A DNA stretch of 64,000 nucleotides, from IMG/VR virus record IMGVR_UViG_3300021963_005267, positions 32,001 to 96,000 of that record, one strand, 5' to 3'. Made by a program: the position numbers and the translations under genes. Position 1 is the first letter of the stretch; each line of letters opens with the position of its first letter. Below the pieces are notes generated by a model. That model worked only from the letters and a program-made list of their open reading frames with translations. It had not been told where the DNA came from and made no database searches. This DNA comes from a virus. Shown one piece after another: positions 55,845-64,000 of this stretch.

Positions 55845-56888
55845 ATGCATAAAACAGATATTAGATTAATGGCCTTTGTAGCAAGCGCCATGTTTTGGGG
55901 TTCTGGGTATGCTGCGGACAACAGCATCTATATTGATCAGTCAGGAGACAATAGTACTATAACTATGACTCAGGATGGATCTGGAAACAAAGTAAAAGGA
56001 ATACTGGCAAACGGCACAGCAGGAGGCACAACAGATCCTGCCAAATTGACAGGTAATGCACAGACAATAAATGTTGAACAAATAGGACAAGGCAATTCAT
56101 TAGCTCTAGGAGCAAACACTACGCAAGGCGGAAGTGTATCGGGATATGCCAACGTAGGAGTTCACTTGAATTATCAAGCAACTGGCAATCTCAACACAGC
56201 ATTAATAAACATCAACAATAATGGCACTGGGACTGCCGCAGGTAATGTAGTAGATATACAACAAAGCGGAAATACCAACACAACCACATTGAGGATGACT
56301 GGAACTTCAAATCAATTTACAGTTAATACCACTGGCGGCAACAGCAATACAATAACAGCAGATGTTAATGCCAGCAATACAGTAACAACAATCAATCATT
56401 CCGGCGGTGGCGGAAATAATACCACAGTTGATATGACAGGCAACAGCGGTCAAGTTAGTGTGACTACCGTGGGAGCTAGTAATACAACCAGTGTGACACA
56501 GAGTGCATACAGTTCATTGGGATCACAGACACTAATTGATATAACAGGCTCAGGTAATACAACTAATGTAACACAGAGCGGCGTAGCCGATCATTACACT
56601 AACATTAAATTATATTCAGGCAGCAATGATAATAATATTACAGTTTCCCAATCTGGAACTTATAATCATTCTGCCGATATAACTTTAAGAGCAGGTAGCA
56701 GCACTAACACTATAGGTATTACACAAAGCGGTGGCGGAGCCTCTGGTGGTCAAACTGCCGTGTTAGAACTATTGGCTGGCAGTAGCAACAACAACGTTAG
56801 TATTACCCAACAAGGATCTGTTTCTAACTTGTCTAATATCAGGTTAAGTGGAAATAGCAACAACTATACTATTTTACAGAAAAATTAA
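55845..56888 (+). CDS. Secreted curlin-repeat protein (CsgA/B-like)
   Basis: Signal peptide; many (I/V)xQxGxxN repeats; very N/G/S/T-rich. Confidence 0.8.
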   Translation: MHKTDIRLMAFVASAMFWGSGYAADNSIYIDQSGDNSTITMTQDGSGNKVKGILANGTAGGTTDPAKLTGNAQTINVEQIGQGNSLALGANTTQGGSVSGYANVGVHLNYQATGNLNTALININNNGTGTAAGNVVDIQQSGNTNTTTLRMTGTSNQFTVNTTGGNSNTITADVNASNTVTTINHSGGGGNNTTVDMTGNSGQVSVTTVGASNTTSVTQSAYSSLGSQTLIDITGSGNTTNVTQSGVADHYTNIKLYSGSNDNNITVSQSGTYNHSADITLRAGSSTNTIGITQSGGGASGGQTAVLELLAGSSNNNVSITQQGSVSNLSNIRLSGNSNNYTILQKN

Positions 56889-56897
56889 GAGGGTTAC

Positions 56898-58007
56898 ATG
56901 AAATTATGGATGGTAATACTATGCGTTCCGTTGCTCAGTATATCGTCAAAAGTAAACGCAGCAATAGGGAAAGTAACAGAACAGGTAAATGCCCCGCCGA
57001 CCATTACCAGGCAGAATTCGACACTAACGGGATCGAAAGGGACTGGAGTGGAGATGAACGACGCCATAAAAACCCAACAGGGAAAGGTAGGAATAACTTT
57101 TGAGGATGATACTAAAGTACAGGTAAACGAAAATTCAAAATTAGTTATAGATGATTTTGTTTACGATCCTAAAAGTAAAAGTGGCAAACTAGGAGCTAAA
57201 ATAGCACTAGGCACCGTTCGTTACGCCAGTGGACAGATTGCTAAAAACAGTCCACAGAACGTAGCACTTAATACCCCAAGTGCAACAGTAGCCGTTCGAG
57301 GCACTGACTTTACAGCAACAGTAGAGGAACTAGGAGAAAGTACTATAATACTTTTACCTAGTTGCCCTAACGACCGTCCCACAAGATCTGTTAGAGATAT
57401 CGAAACCAATTGTAAAACAGGAACAATCGAAGTTAGCACAGACGTAGGTACTGTTATTTTAAATCAACCTTTCCAGGTTACTAAAGTTTTAAGTAGAACA
57501 CATCCTCCCACAGCACCTAAAGTTTTAAACTTATCTGAAATGGCTATCAGCAATCTGTTAATCATTAGTCCACCCGCAGAGGTTAAACGTGCTGTACAAG
57601 AACAGCATAAAATGTTTAATCCATTAGAATTTGATTTCTTAAAAGAAAAAGGATTAGAGAACTGGCTTGATATGCAGGCTAATTCATTTTATGATGATAA
57701 GTTTGCTAAAAACTTTTTAGATAATGGATTCTTAGCCAGCCTATTTGATATAATTGGTAATGCACTTGATGAAAAGTTTTTAGAACCAGTGGACCCAGTA
57801 CTCCCAGACTATAGAAAATCTAGTGGCATAGTAGCTTTTAAAGATGAAATGAGTGTTGAATTATGTAGAGACAATGGGGCGGATATTCAATGTGTCAAAA
57901 CACCATTAGCGCAAAACAGTACAATTTATCAAACACAAGGCACACTAGAATTTAAAAATCGTGTTAACCAAGGCGGTAATACTATTATTACCTTGATACA
58001 GAAATGA
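56898..58007 (+). CDS. Secreted FecR-domain protein
   Basis: IGKV, VEMNDAIKT, ITFEDDTKVQVNENSKLVIDDFVYDP, TPSATVAVRGTDF, GTIEVST. Confidence 0.85.
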   Translation: MKLWMVILCVPLLSISSKVNAAIGKVTEQVNAPPTITRQNSTLTGSKGTGVEMNDAIKTQQGKVGITFEDDTKVQVNENSKLVIDDFVYDPKSKSGKLGAKIALGTVRYASGQIAKNSPQNVALNTPSATVAVRGTDFTATVEELGESTIILLPSCPNDRPTRSVRDIETNCKTGTIEVSTDVGTVILNQPFQVTKVLSRTHPPTAPKVLNLSEMAISNLLIISPPAEVKRAVQEQHKMFNPLEFDFLKEKGLENWLDMQANSFYDDKFAKNFLDNGFLASLFDIIGNALDEKFLEPVDPVLPDYRKSSGIVAFKDEMSVELCRDNGADIQCVKTPLAQNSTIYQTQGTLEFKNRVNQGGNTIITLIQK

Positions 58008-59767
58008 CAAAAAGAATACTGCAATTTTTATTTGGATTGATGTTTTGCATCAGCGCATATAGCCAAGCTGTAACATACAATGCTATCGCTACCGCCTATG
58101 TAACTACAACTATCAGTCAGTATGTAGTATTTGACAGTAATATGCAACAGGGTGGAACTTTCACTATGAGTGTATTAGCACACAACGGTGGAGGTCGTGC
58201 TGGACAAAGCGACACGGCTAACGTAAAGATTGAATTCTACAACGCAAGCGGCGGACTGATAACTAGTGCAAATTCAACTTACAATGCTAACCTTCCAAAC
58301 CCCAATGCAGTTTGTGGCAACCCTTGTATTGACACTAGTGTTCCTTGGTCGACATTAACCATTAGCAAAAGTTTAACATCTGCTGAAGCCGCAAACGTTG
58401 CGTATGCTCGAGTTAGTATGTATGGTATTGACGGAAGTTATTGGGCAGGTGACTACGGTCCTTGGTATCGTGCTCCTACCTTTCAACAAAATGGTGGCGG
58501 TAACTTATTGTATAACCCAGAGTTTGGACCATACAATGGTATAACAGCACAAGGTTGGACAAGTAATCCAGGCTTTGGTGCTTGCCAAGGTGCGTGGGGT
58601 GGTAGCAATGCCTGTATTGTAAACAGCGATGGTGTTCCAGGATCTAGCACAGTAGGCCTAGTTGCTAACGCTAACGGCGGCGGCCCAAGTGCTACTGGTG
58701 GTACAACAAGTGGACAGCCAGGCGGGTACAATAATACAATGAGTGTAACCAATGCTGGTACAGGCGCAACAGCGGGCACAGCACCAAGTGCTCCTACAGT
58801 TACATCAACTACTACATCGTACACTTATAGAACAGTAGTCACTGGTAATACTACACGAGTATATAGAACTCTAGTAACTACAACAAATTACAGTGATGGA
58901 ACTAGTACATCTAGCAATGGAACAGAAGAATTGTATTACACAGCCGTAGTGACAACTAGCGAAACAAACGGTATTGTTGGCGGAAACCTCGCAACTACTA
59001 CAACCACTACAACTACTACAACATATAACAACGGAACACAGACAGTATCATCAAGCAACTCATATGTTTATTATGGCACAATTAATCAAACTAATGCTCC
59101 TGGAGATCAAATAGTTACAAGCGGCCCTGGTAGTACAGCAGGATACACAGGAACACAACAACAAAACCGTGTAGATAACTGGAACAATGGATCTGGACAA
59201 AATAAAAACAATTATTTGTATATTGATCAGGTTAGCGGAGATTCAAATACTGTGAGTGTGACACAGTCTACAACATCAGGAAAGAATCATACTGAAGCAA
59301 CTTTCTCTGGAGCCGGTAGTAATAATATCAACATTACACAAACAGGAACTAACTATCTTAGTCTTGAAGTCAATGGAGCATATAATACCGTAACTAGCCA
59401 ACAGTCAAATAACAGTACCTCTAGTAACTTTAAAGAAACTACAGTTATAGGTAGCAACAACATAATCAATACGAATCAAAAAGATAACGCTAATAAAATA
59501 ATGTTCACTACTGTTACAGGCAGCAACAATTCTGTCACAGCAGTCCAAGAAGGATCGGGAAATCACTATCTAGAAAATGTATTAACAGGTAACGGGCACA
59601 CAGTCACAGTAAATCAGAGCGGAAGTACAGCGAATAATGCCAGCTTGAATTTGACCAACTCCGGAGGTGCTGCTAGTGTAGATCTGCAACAGTCAGGCGG
59701 GAAGTCGTTCAATCTAATACAGAGCTGCACTAACCCTGCGGGCTGCACAACAGTGGTCCGCCAATAA
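58004..59767 (+). CDS. Large secreted protein: Cys/Trp-containing head domain, Thr-rich linker, C-terminal curlin repeats
   Basis: Signal peptide; LYIDQVSGDSN, ITQTGTN, VQEGSGNH, VNQSGSTANN. Confidence 0.75.
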   Translation: MTKRILQFLFGLMFCISAYSQAVTYNAIATAYVTTTISQYVVFDSNMQQGGTFTMSVLAHNGGGRAGQSDTANVKIEFYNASGGLITSANSTYNANLPNPNAVCGNPCIDTSVPWSTLTISKSLTSAEAANVAYARVSMYGIDGSYWAGDYGPWYRAPTFQQNGGGNLLYNPEFGPYNGITAQGWTSNPGFGACQGAWGGSNACIVNSDGVPGSSTVGLVANANGGGPSATGGTTSGQPGGYNNTMSVTNAGTGATAGTAPSAPTVTSTTTSYTYRTVVTGNTTRVYRTLVTTTNYSDGTSTSSNGTEELYYTAVVTTSETNGIVGGNLATTTTTTTTTTYNNGTQTVSSSNSYVYYGTINQTNAPGDQIVTSGPGSTAGYTGTQQQNRVDNWNNGSGQNKNNYLYIDQVSGDSNTVSVTQSTTSGKNHTEATFSGAGSNNINITQTGTNYLSLEVNGAYNTVTSQQSNNSTSSNFKETTVIGSNNIINTNQKDNANKIMFTTVTGSNNSVTAVQEGSGNHYLENVLTGNGHTVTVNQSGSTANNASLNLTNSGGAASVDLQQSGGKSFNLIQSCTNPAGCTTVVRQ

Positions 59768-59789
59768 ATACTTTTTTAAGGAGTATGCC

Positions 59790-60083
59790 ATGCGTACAGT
59801 TGCCGTGGCGTTCCTATTCTGCCTAGCAAGCTCTATAGCCAACGCACAATCATTCCAGAGCAATAAACCCGTAGTTTGTGATAACGTACAAAAAGTAATA
59901 AAAGCACTTGGTGAAAATTACGAAGAAAAACCCATTTGGATGGCTTCGGGCGAAAATACTAAATTTTCTCTATTTGTTAATCAAAGTACAGGAAGTTGGA
60001 CGATCATACAGTTTACTTCAGAAGTAGCCTGTATTTTGGGTGTTGGAAACGATAGCAAACTAGTACTAGGCAACCCGGTTTAA
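59790..60083 (+). CDS. Small secreted protein
   Basis: AAGGAG SD; signal peptide; KPVVC...TGSWTII...ACIL. Confidence 0.7.
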   Translation: MRTVAVAFLFCLASSIANAQSFQSNKPVVCDNVQKVIKALGENYEEKPIWMASGENTKFSLFVNQSTGSWTIIQFTSEVACILGVGNDSKLVLGNPV

Positions 60084-60100
60084 CATCAAATAAATAGTTG

Positions 60101-60244
60101 ATGTTAAGAAAAATCTTAATCATCAGCATAATTTTAACCATCACTGGATGTGCGGGAATCCGTTTCTGTAGCAAAGAAGAAAGCACTAAAACTGGATGTA
60201 AATCCTGGGACCCTGCCACTACGACCGGAGCCGCAAGTAGATGA
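60101..60244 (+). CDS. 47-aa lipoprotein (MLRKILIISIILTITGCAGIRFC...), not in ORF track
   Basis: Lipobox ITGC; ATAAATA 4 nt upstream; ATGA overlap with the cyclase gene. Confidence 0.6.
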   Translation: MLRKILIISIILTITGCAGIRFCSKEESTKTGCKSWDPATTTGAASR

Positions 60245-62292
60245 AAATCAATCTCAAAAAAATCTTAGTTAACCCTTGGACAGCACTACTCACTTTAGTA
60301 CTGATACTGGGGGTGAGATCTACAGATCCTACATTTGTTGAAAGTGTAAGATTACGTTACTTTGATACCCTAATTACTGCTAAAGAACCTACATATAATA
60401 ATATTGTCACGGTTAACATAGACGAAACAGCACTAGACAAGCACGGACAATGGCCGTTACCTAGAGCCGAGTACGCACATATTATAGAAGATCTATATTC
60501 TAGAAATGCAGGACTAGTAGTATTAAACATTCTTATGCCGGAAAAAGATAGAACAGGTGGAGATGCTGAACTAGCAAAATTACTCAAACAATACCCTGTA
60601 GTGTTAGGCTCTGCGCCCGCACAGCAGACAAAGAATCAACCACGTGTTCCCGGCTCAGCTGTTCTTAATCCGGAATGGTTGGATCAAATAGTACAGTATC
60701 CAGGATTAATTGCTAACATTCCTCAACTAGAAAATGCTGCGGCAGGTGTTGGTATAACAAATACACTACCAGAAGTTGACGGTGTTAATCGTCGTATGCC
60801 ATTGATCGTAACAGTAGATGACAAATTATATCCCGCACTAAGTTTAGAAACTCTTCGTGTTGCCGCAGGTGATTCAACATTCCAGGTTAAGCTGTTTGAG
60901 GGTGGAGTTGAGAAAATGCGCATTCCTAAGTTTGGTCCTGTAACTACAGACAATCTAGGACGCATATGGATTGACTGGAGTCAACAGTCACGCAGCTTTA
61001 GTTTAACTAAATTACCCAAAGACTTAGAAGGTGCTATTGTTATAGTAGGACCTACAGCGGCAGGGATAGGTAATCCATTGCCAACTAGCAAAGGAGCAGT
61101 ATGGCCGCACGAAGCACAGGCAGCTGTGATTGGAACAATGGTAAATGGTGTTGTTATAGAACGTCCTGATTATGCTGACGGTGTTGAATTACTTGCAATT
61201 GGATTAGCAGGTATACTTTTATTATTTTTAACAAGGTGGGTATATGTTGGATTGGCAACGACTATTATGTTGGGTGCTGGCGGTTATTTTATCAGCCAGT
61301 ATCTTTTCACTAATTTTCTATTCTTATTCGACGCTACTGCGTTTACCGTTGGAACAATATTGGTCGCTTTGCATGCCTACGGTGTCAAGTTCGTCTCAGA
61401 GTTCTTACAGAAGCAAGCCATAAAGAAACAGTTTGCTGGATACTGTTCTAAGGAAGTAGTAGAGATGTTACAAAAAGATCCAGACCTGATCAAGCGTGGT
61501 GTGCGTAAAGACGTTAGTGTTATGTTCAGTGACCTACGTGGCTTTACTCCTATTGGTGAACACTATGGTGATGATGTTGCCGGCCTAGGCAAATACATGA
61601 ACGGATACATGGATGCTATCAGTCGTCCTATTATGGACAACAAAGGAATGGTCATTAAGTATGTAGGCGATGCGAGTATGCACATACACGGTGCACCTAT
61701 CGAAGACCCTAACCACGCTCGTACAATTGTTGCTGTTGGTTTACAAATGTTAGACGCAGTTGATGCCTACACTAAAGAAATGGAGGCACAAGGTTTACCT
61801 CCTGCTGCAATGGGTTGGGGCTGTAACACTGGTATTGGCTTTATTGGCGAAATGGGCTCAACAGACAGACATAGTTACGACATTCTAGGCGACATGGTTT
61901 CAACAGCCGCACGTTTAGAAGCACGTTGTAAAGCATATGGTGTGCTATGTATTATTGGTGCTGAAACATACAACCGTACTAAAGATGATTTCTTCTATTT
62001 GTGCATTGACAACTTACAACCAAAAGGCAAGTCAGTGGCAGACTTGATCTATACAGCACTACGTCCTAACGGCGAGGATTGGACTAAGGATTTAGAACGT
62101 TACAATGAAATGCAAACACTGTATAAGTCTAAGAAATTTGACGAAGCGGCTGCTATGTGTAAGAAATTAAAAGGCACATTCGGAGGACAGATGGACAAGT
62201 ACTATAAGATATGGATCGAACGCTGCGATTTTATGAAACAGCAAGATCTACCAGATAATTGGAACGGCGAATTTATCGCTCACGAAAAATGA
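60241..62292 (+). CDS. CHASE2-domain membrane class III adenylate/guanylate cyclase
   Basis: IVTVNIDE..GQWPLPR, EVDGVNRRMPL (CHASE2); three TMs; MFSDLRGFT, IKYVGDA, GCNTG, YDILGDMVSTAARLE. Confidence 0.92.
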   Translation: MKINLKKILVNPWTALLTLVLILGVRSTDPTFVESVRLRYFDTLITAKEPTYNNIVTVNIDETALDKHGQWPLPRAEYAHIIEDLYSRNAGLVVLNILMPEKDRTGGDAELAKLLKQYPVVLGSAPAQQTKNQPRVPGSAVLNPEWLDQIVQYPGLIANIPQLENAAAGVGITNTLPEVDGVNRRMPLIVTVDDKLYPALSLETLRVAAGDSTFQVKLFEGGVEKMRIPKFGPVTTDNLGRIWIDWSQQSRSFSLTKLPKDLEGAIVIVGPTAAGIGNPLPTSKGAVWPHEAQAAVIGTMVNGVVIERPDYADGVELLAIGLAGILLLFLTRWVYVGLATTIMLGAGGYFISQYLFTNFLFLFDATAFTVGTILVALHAYGVKFVSEFLQKQAIKKQFAGYCSKEVVEMLQKDPDLIKRGVRKDVSVMFSDLRGFTPIGEHYGDDVAGLGKYMNGYMDAISRPIMDNKGMVIKYVGDASMHIHGAPIEDPNHARTIVAVGLQMLDAVDAYTKEMEAQGLPPAAMGWGCNTGIGFIGEMGSTDRHSYDILGDMVSTAARLEARCKAYGVLCIIGAETYNRTKDDFFYLCIDNLQPKGKSVADLIYTALRPNGEDWTKDLERYNEMQTLYKSKKFDEAAAMCKKLKGTFGGQMDKYYKIWIERCDFMKQQDLPDNWNGEFIAHEK

Positions 62293-62459
62293 TATATACT
62301 CCACTTGATTGGTGGATTGATTATTCAGTCTGGCTTATGCTACAATACAAGTTCATGATGCCTGCTAAAATAATTGGCATCAATGACGATATGCAAGAAT
62401 ACCTAAAATGTTTTAGTCTAAATGGAATAAAGCAACATAATATCTGTAGAGGATAAAAA

Positions 62460-63107
62460 ATGAAAGGCAGAATAGCCTTATTTGTGCATCAACCTAAATG
62501 TTCTGTTCAAAGCGGCAACGGAATAATAAAAGCTTTAAGCCCGCACTATAATTTTAAAATCTTTACAAAACATGAATTAGAAAAAGATTTCTTCGACGAT
62601 GTAGATATCGTATGCATTCCCGGTGGTATCGGTGATAGTGAAAGTTACAGATATCTAATGAAAGAACACAAAGACAAGATAAGACAGTTTGTCAGACGAG
62701 GTGGAAAGTACCTTGGAATATGCATGGGAGCATACTGGGCTGACAAACACTACTTTGATCTACTGTGCGATATACGTGCGGATCAATACATAACTAGGCC
62801 GGGTGCCGACACACGCAGGCCACATGCTAAAAATCAACGAGTATTATGGAAAGGTGAAGAATATAAAATGTTCTTCTACGACGGTTGTGCATTTTACGGA
62901 ATGGGTTTAGATACAGCTAAGATATGGTCATTATATCCCAACGGTGACCCTATGGCCATAATACAAGGACGTCTAGGATTGATAGGTTGTCATCCGGAAA
63001 GTGAACCACACTGGTATAACAGTTGGAGTTGGATGAACGGGAAATACCACAACGGTGAACATCACAAACTTCTGTTAGAGTTTGTAGATGAGCTTATGAA
63101 AAGTTAA
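62460..63107 (+). CDS. BPL_N / class I glutamine-amidotransferase-like protein
   Basis: CIPGG, GGKYLGICMGAY, GCHPE. Confidence 0.8.
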   Translation: MKGRIALFVHQPKCSVQSGNGIIKALSPHYNFKIFTKHELEKDFFDDVDIVCIPGGIGDSESYRYLMKEHKDKIRQFVRRGGKYLGICMGAYWADKHYFDLLCDIRADQYITRPGADTRRPHAKNQRVLWKGEEYKMFFYDGCAFYGMGLDTAKIWSLYPNGDPMAIIQGRLGLIGCHPESEPHWYNSWSWMNGKYHNGEHHKLLLEFVDELMKS

Positions 63108-63463
63108 TTCTTCTTTTCTTCTTTTTCTTTATTCTTTGCGCCGATGTTATCAGCTTCTTCCATTGCATCGTGAAACTTAGCGTTAGCCTTAGCCTCTACG
63201 ATAGCAGTCTCCATAACGCGGTCTGATTCAATCATTTTACCGCGTATGGTCAACACCGTATTAACTTTCTGATTTAGACGAATCAGATCGTTGTCTAGCA
63301 TACGGATACGATCAATTAGTGCTATAAGCACAGTATTGGCGTCACTGATAACGGGCTTAACTTCTTTTGTTGCCCATTCCCAAACATATTTGATAATGAA
63401 GCCCATTCCAACTGCCATCACAATCGGAAATCCATACTTATTGACTAACTCTACTACATCCAT
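63104..63463 (-). CDS. Membrane-anchored coiled-coil protein
   Basis: KYGFPIVMAVGMGFIIKYVW TM; LIDRIRMLDNDLIRL. Confidence 0.65.
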   Translation of the reverse strand: MDVVELVNKYGFPIVMAVGMGFIIKYVWEWATKEVKPVISDANTVLIALIDRIRMLDNDLIRLNQKVNTVLTIRGKMIESDRVMETAIVEAKANAKFHDAMEEADNIGAKNKEKEEKKN

Positions 63464-63467
63464 GTTC

Positions 63468-63668
63468 TTATCCTATTAATGGTTTGAAACAATTTACTAT
63501 AGGTTTAAATGCCCATTCATAGCCTACAACTACACCTATAACAAATCCTATGCCTACTCCGAACATTAATGATTTAAACATGTCACGGTCGTGCCATATG
63601 GGTTGACGTTTTAAATATTCTTGCATCTGGGGATTAAGGCTATCCCACCATTGCTTATACTTGCTCAT
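63468..63668 (-). CDS. Small membrane protein
   Basis: WWDSL..QEYLK.QPIWHD then TM helix. Confidence 0.55.
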   Translation of the reverse strand: MSKYKQWWDSLNPQMQEYLKRQPIWHDRDMFKSLMFGVGIGFVIGVVVGYEWAFKPIVNCFKPLIG

Positions 63669-63852
63669 TGTCTATCGATCCTTTTACGATAAATTTTTCT
63701 AGGTCTCCGACTTTGCGCAGCATCTGGCGACCGTTGATATTAACCAACTTGAAATAATCTCCGCCCTTCCATCCGAGCTTGTCACTGTCGAATTCCTCAT
63801 CTAAAATGATTCCTTCTTTGTCACAATTCCAGGAGTAGTCTACATACAACAT
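63655..63852 (-). CDS. Small hypothetical protein
   Basis: LDEE..DKLGWKGGDYF, AbrB-like beta pattern. Confidence 0.5.
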   Translation of the reverse strand: MLYVDYSWNCDKEGIILDEEFDSDKLGWKGGDYFKLVNINGRQMLRKVGDLEKFIVKGSIDNEQV

Positions 63853-63995
63853 TATCTACCCTGTCCTCTATAGGCTTTGTGCGTTTTTCTTTCAGTCTTG
63901 TTCATAGAACTAGTTTTAACTCTGCCGCCCTGTTTTGTTCTTTTTACAACAGAGTTATGTGTCTTTCCAGATGTGCTACCTTTTGCTTTAGCCAT
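63852..63995 (-). CDS. 47-aa basic protein ending KAYRGQGR, not in ORF track
   Basis: MAKAKGSTSGKTHNSVVKRTKQGGRVKTSSMNKTERKTHKAYRGQGR; TAATG overlap with the next gene. Confidence 0.65.
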   Translation of the reverse strand: MAKAKGSTSGKTHNSVVKRTKQGGRVKTSSMNKTERKTHKAYRGQGR

Positions 63996-64000
63996 TAGTC

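Noticed and set aside
1-64000. Stop-codon reassignment, or a bacterial chromosome/prophage origin
   Set aside because: Known genes are full length in code 11 with dense packing; host-like genes are isolated among virion genes; no integrase, att site or rRNA seen

Overview
This is a 64-kb segment of a large lytic dsDNA tailed phage (T4-like/jumbo myovirus type, AT-rich, standard genetic code), not a bacterial chromosome. Evidence: tail-fibre, tailspike and PAAR-like genes, densely packed genes with ATGA/TAATG overlaps, a recurrent ATAAATA late-promoter-like motif, and nrdAB/glutaredoxin. It carries many host-type genes: aceA, a delta-9 desaturase, a phasin-like protein, ahpC-ahpD, guaC, rpsU (bS21), dnaK, hsp20, clpS, and heme oxygenase with a PcyX-like bilin reductase. 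Together these suggest an aquatic proteobacterial, probably betaproteobacterial, host (inference). Elements the ORF track misses: (1) a circularly permuted two-piece tmRNA with a 27-aa tag, preceded by two tiny Lys/Arg-rich peptides resembling eL41/bS22-type ribosomal peptides; (2) a stand-alone PqqA precursor peptide; (3) matching three-hairpin ROSE-like leaders with covarying stems on dnaK and hsp20; (4) a probable -1 frameshift at an A9 run extending a membrane protein by 113 aa; (5) consensus sigma70 promoters that give leaderless mRNAs; (6) an OxyR-box-like site before ahpC; (7) two unassigned structured RNAs. The best candidate for an undescribed system is an 8-kb locus: csgF, csgG(+SH3), curlin, FecR-domain protein, curlin, secreted protein, lipoprotein and CHASE2 class III nucleotide cyclase. 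It looks like a phage-encoded trans-envelope sensing and cyclic-nucleotide signalling device. Protein calls come from recognised motifs only; no database searches were run.
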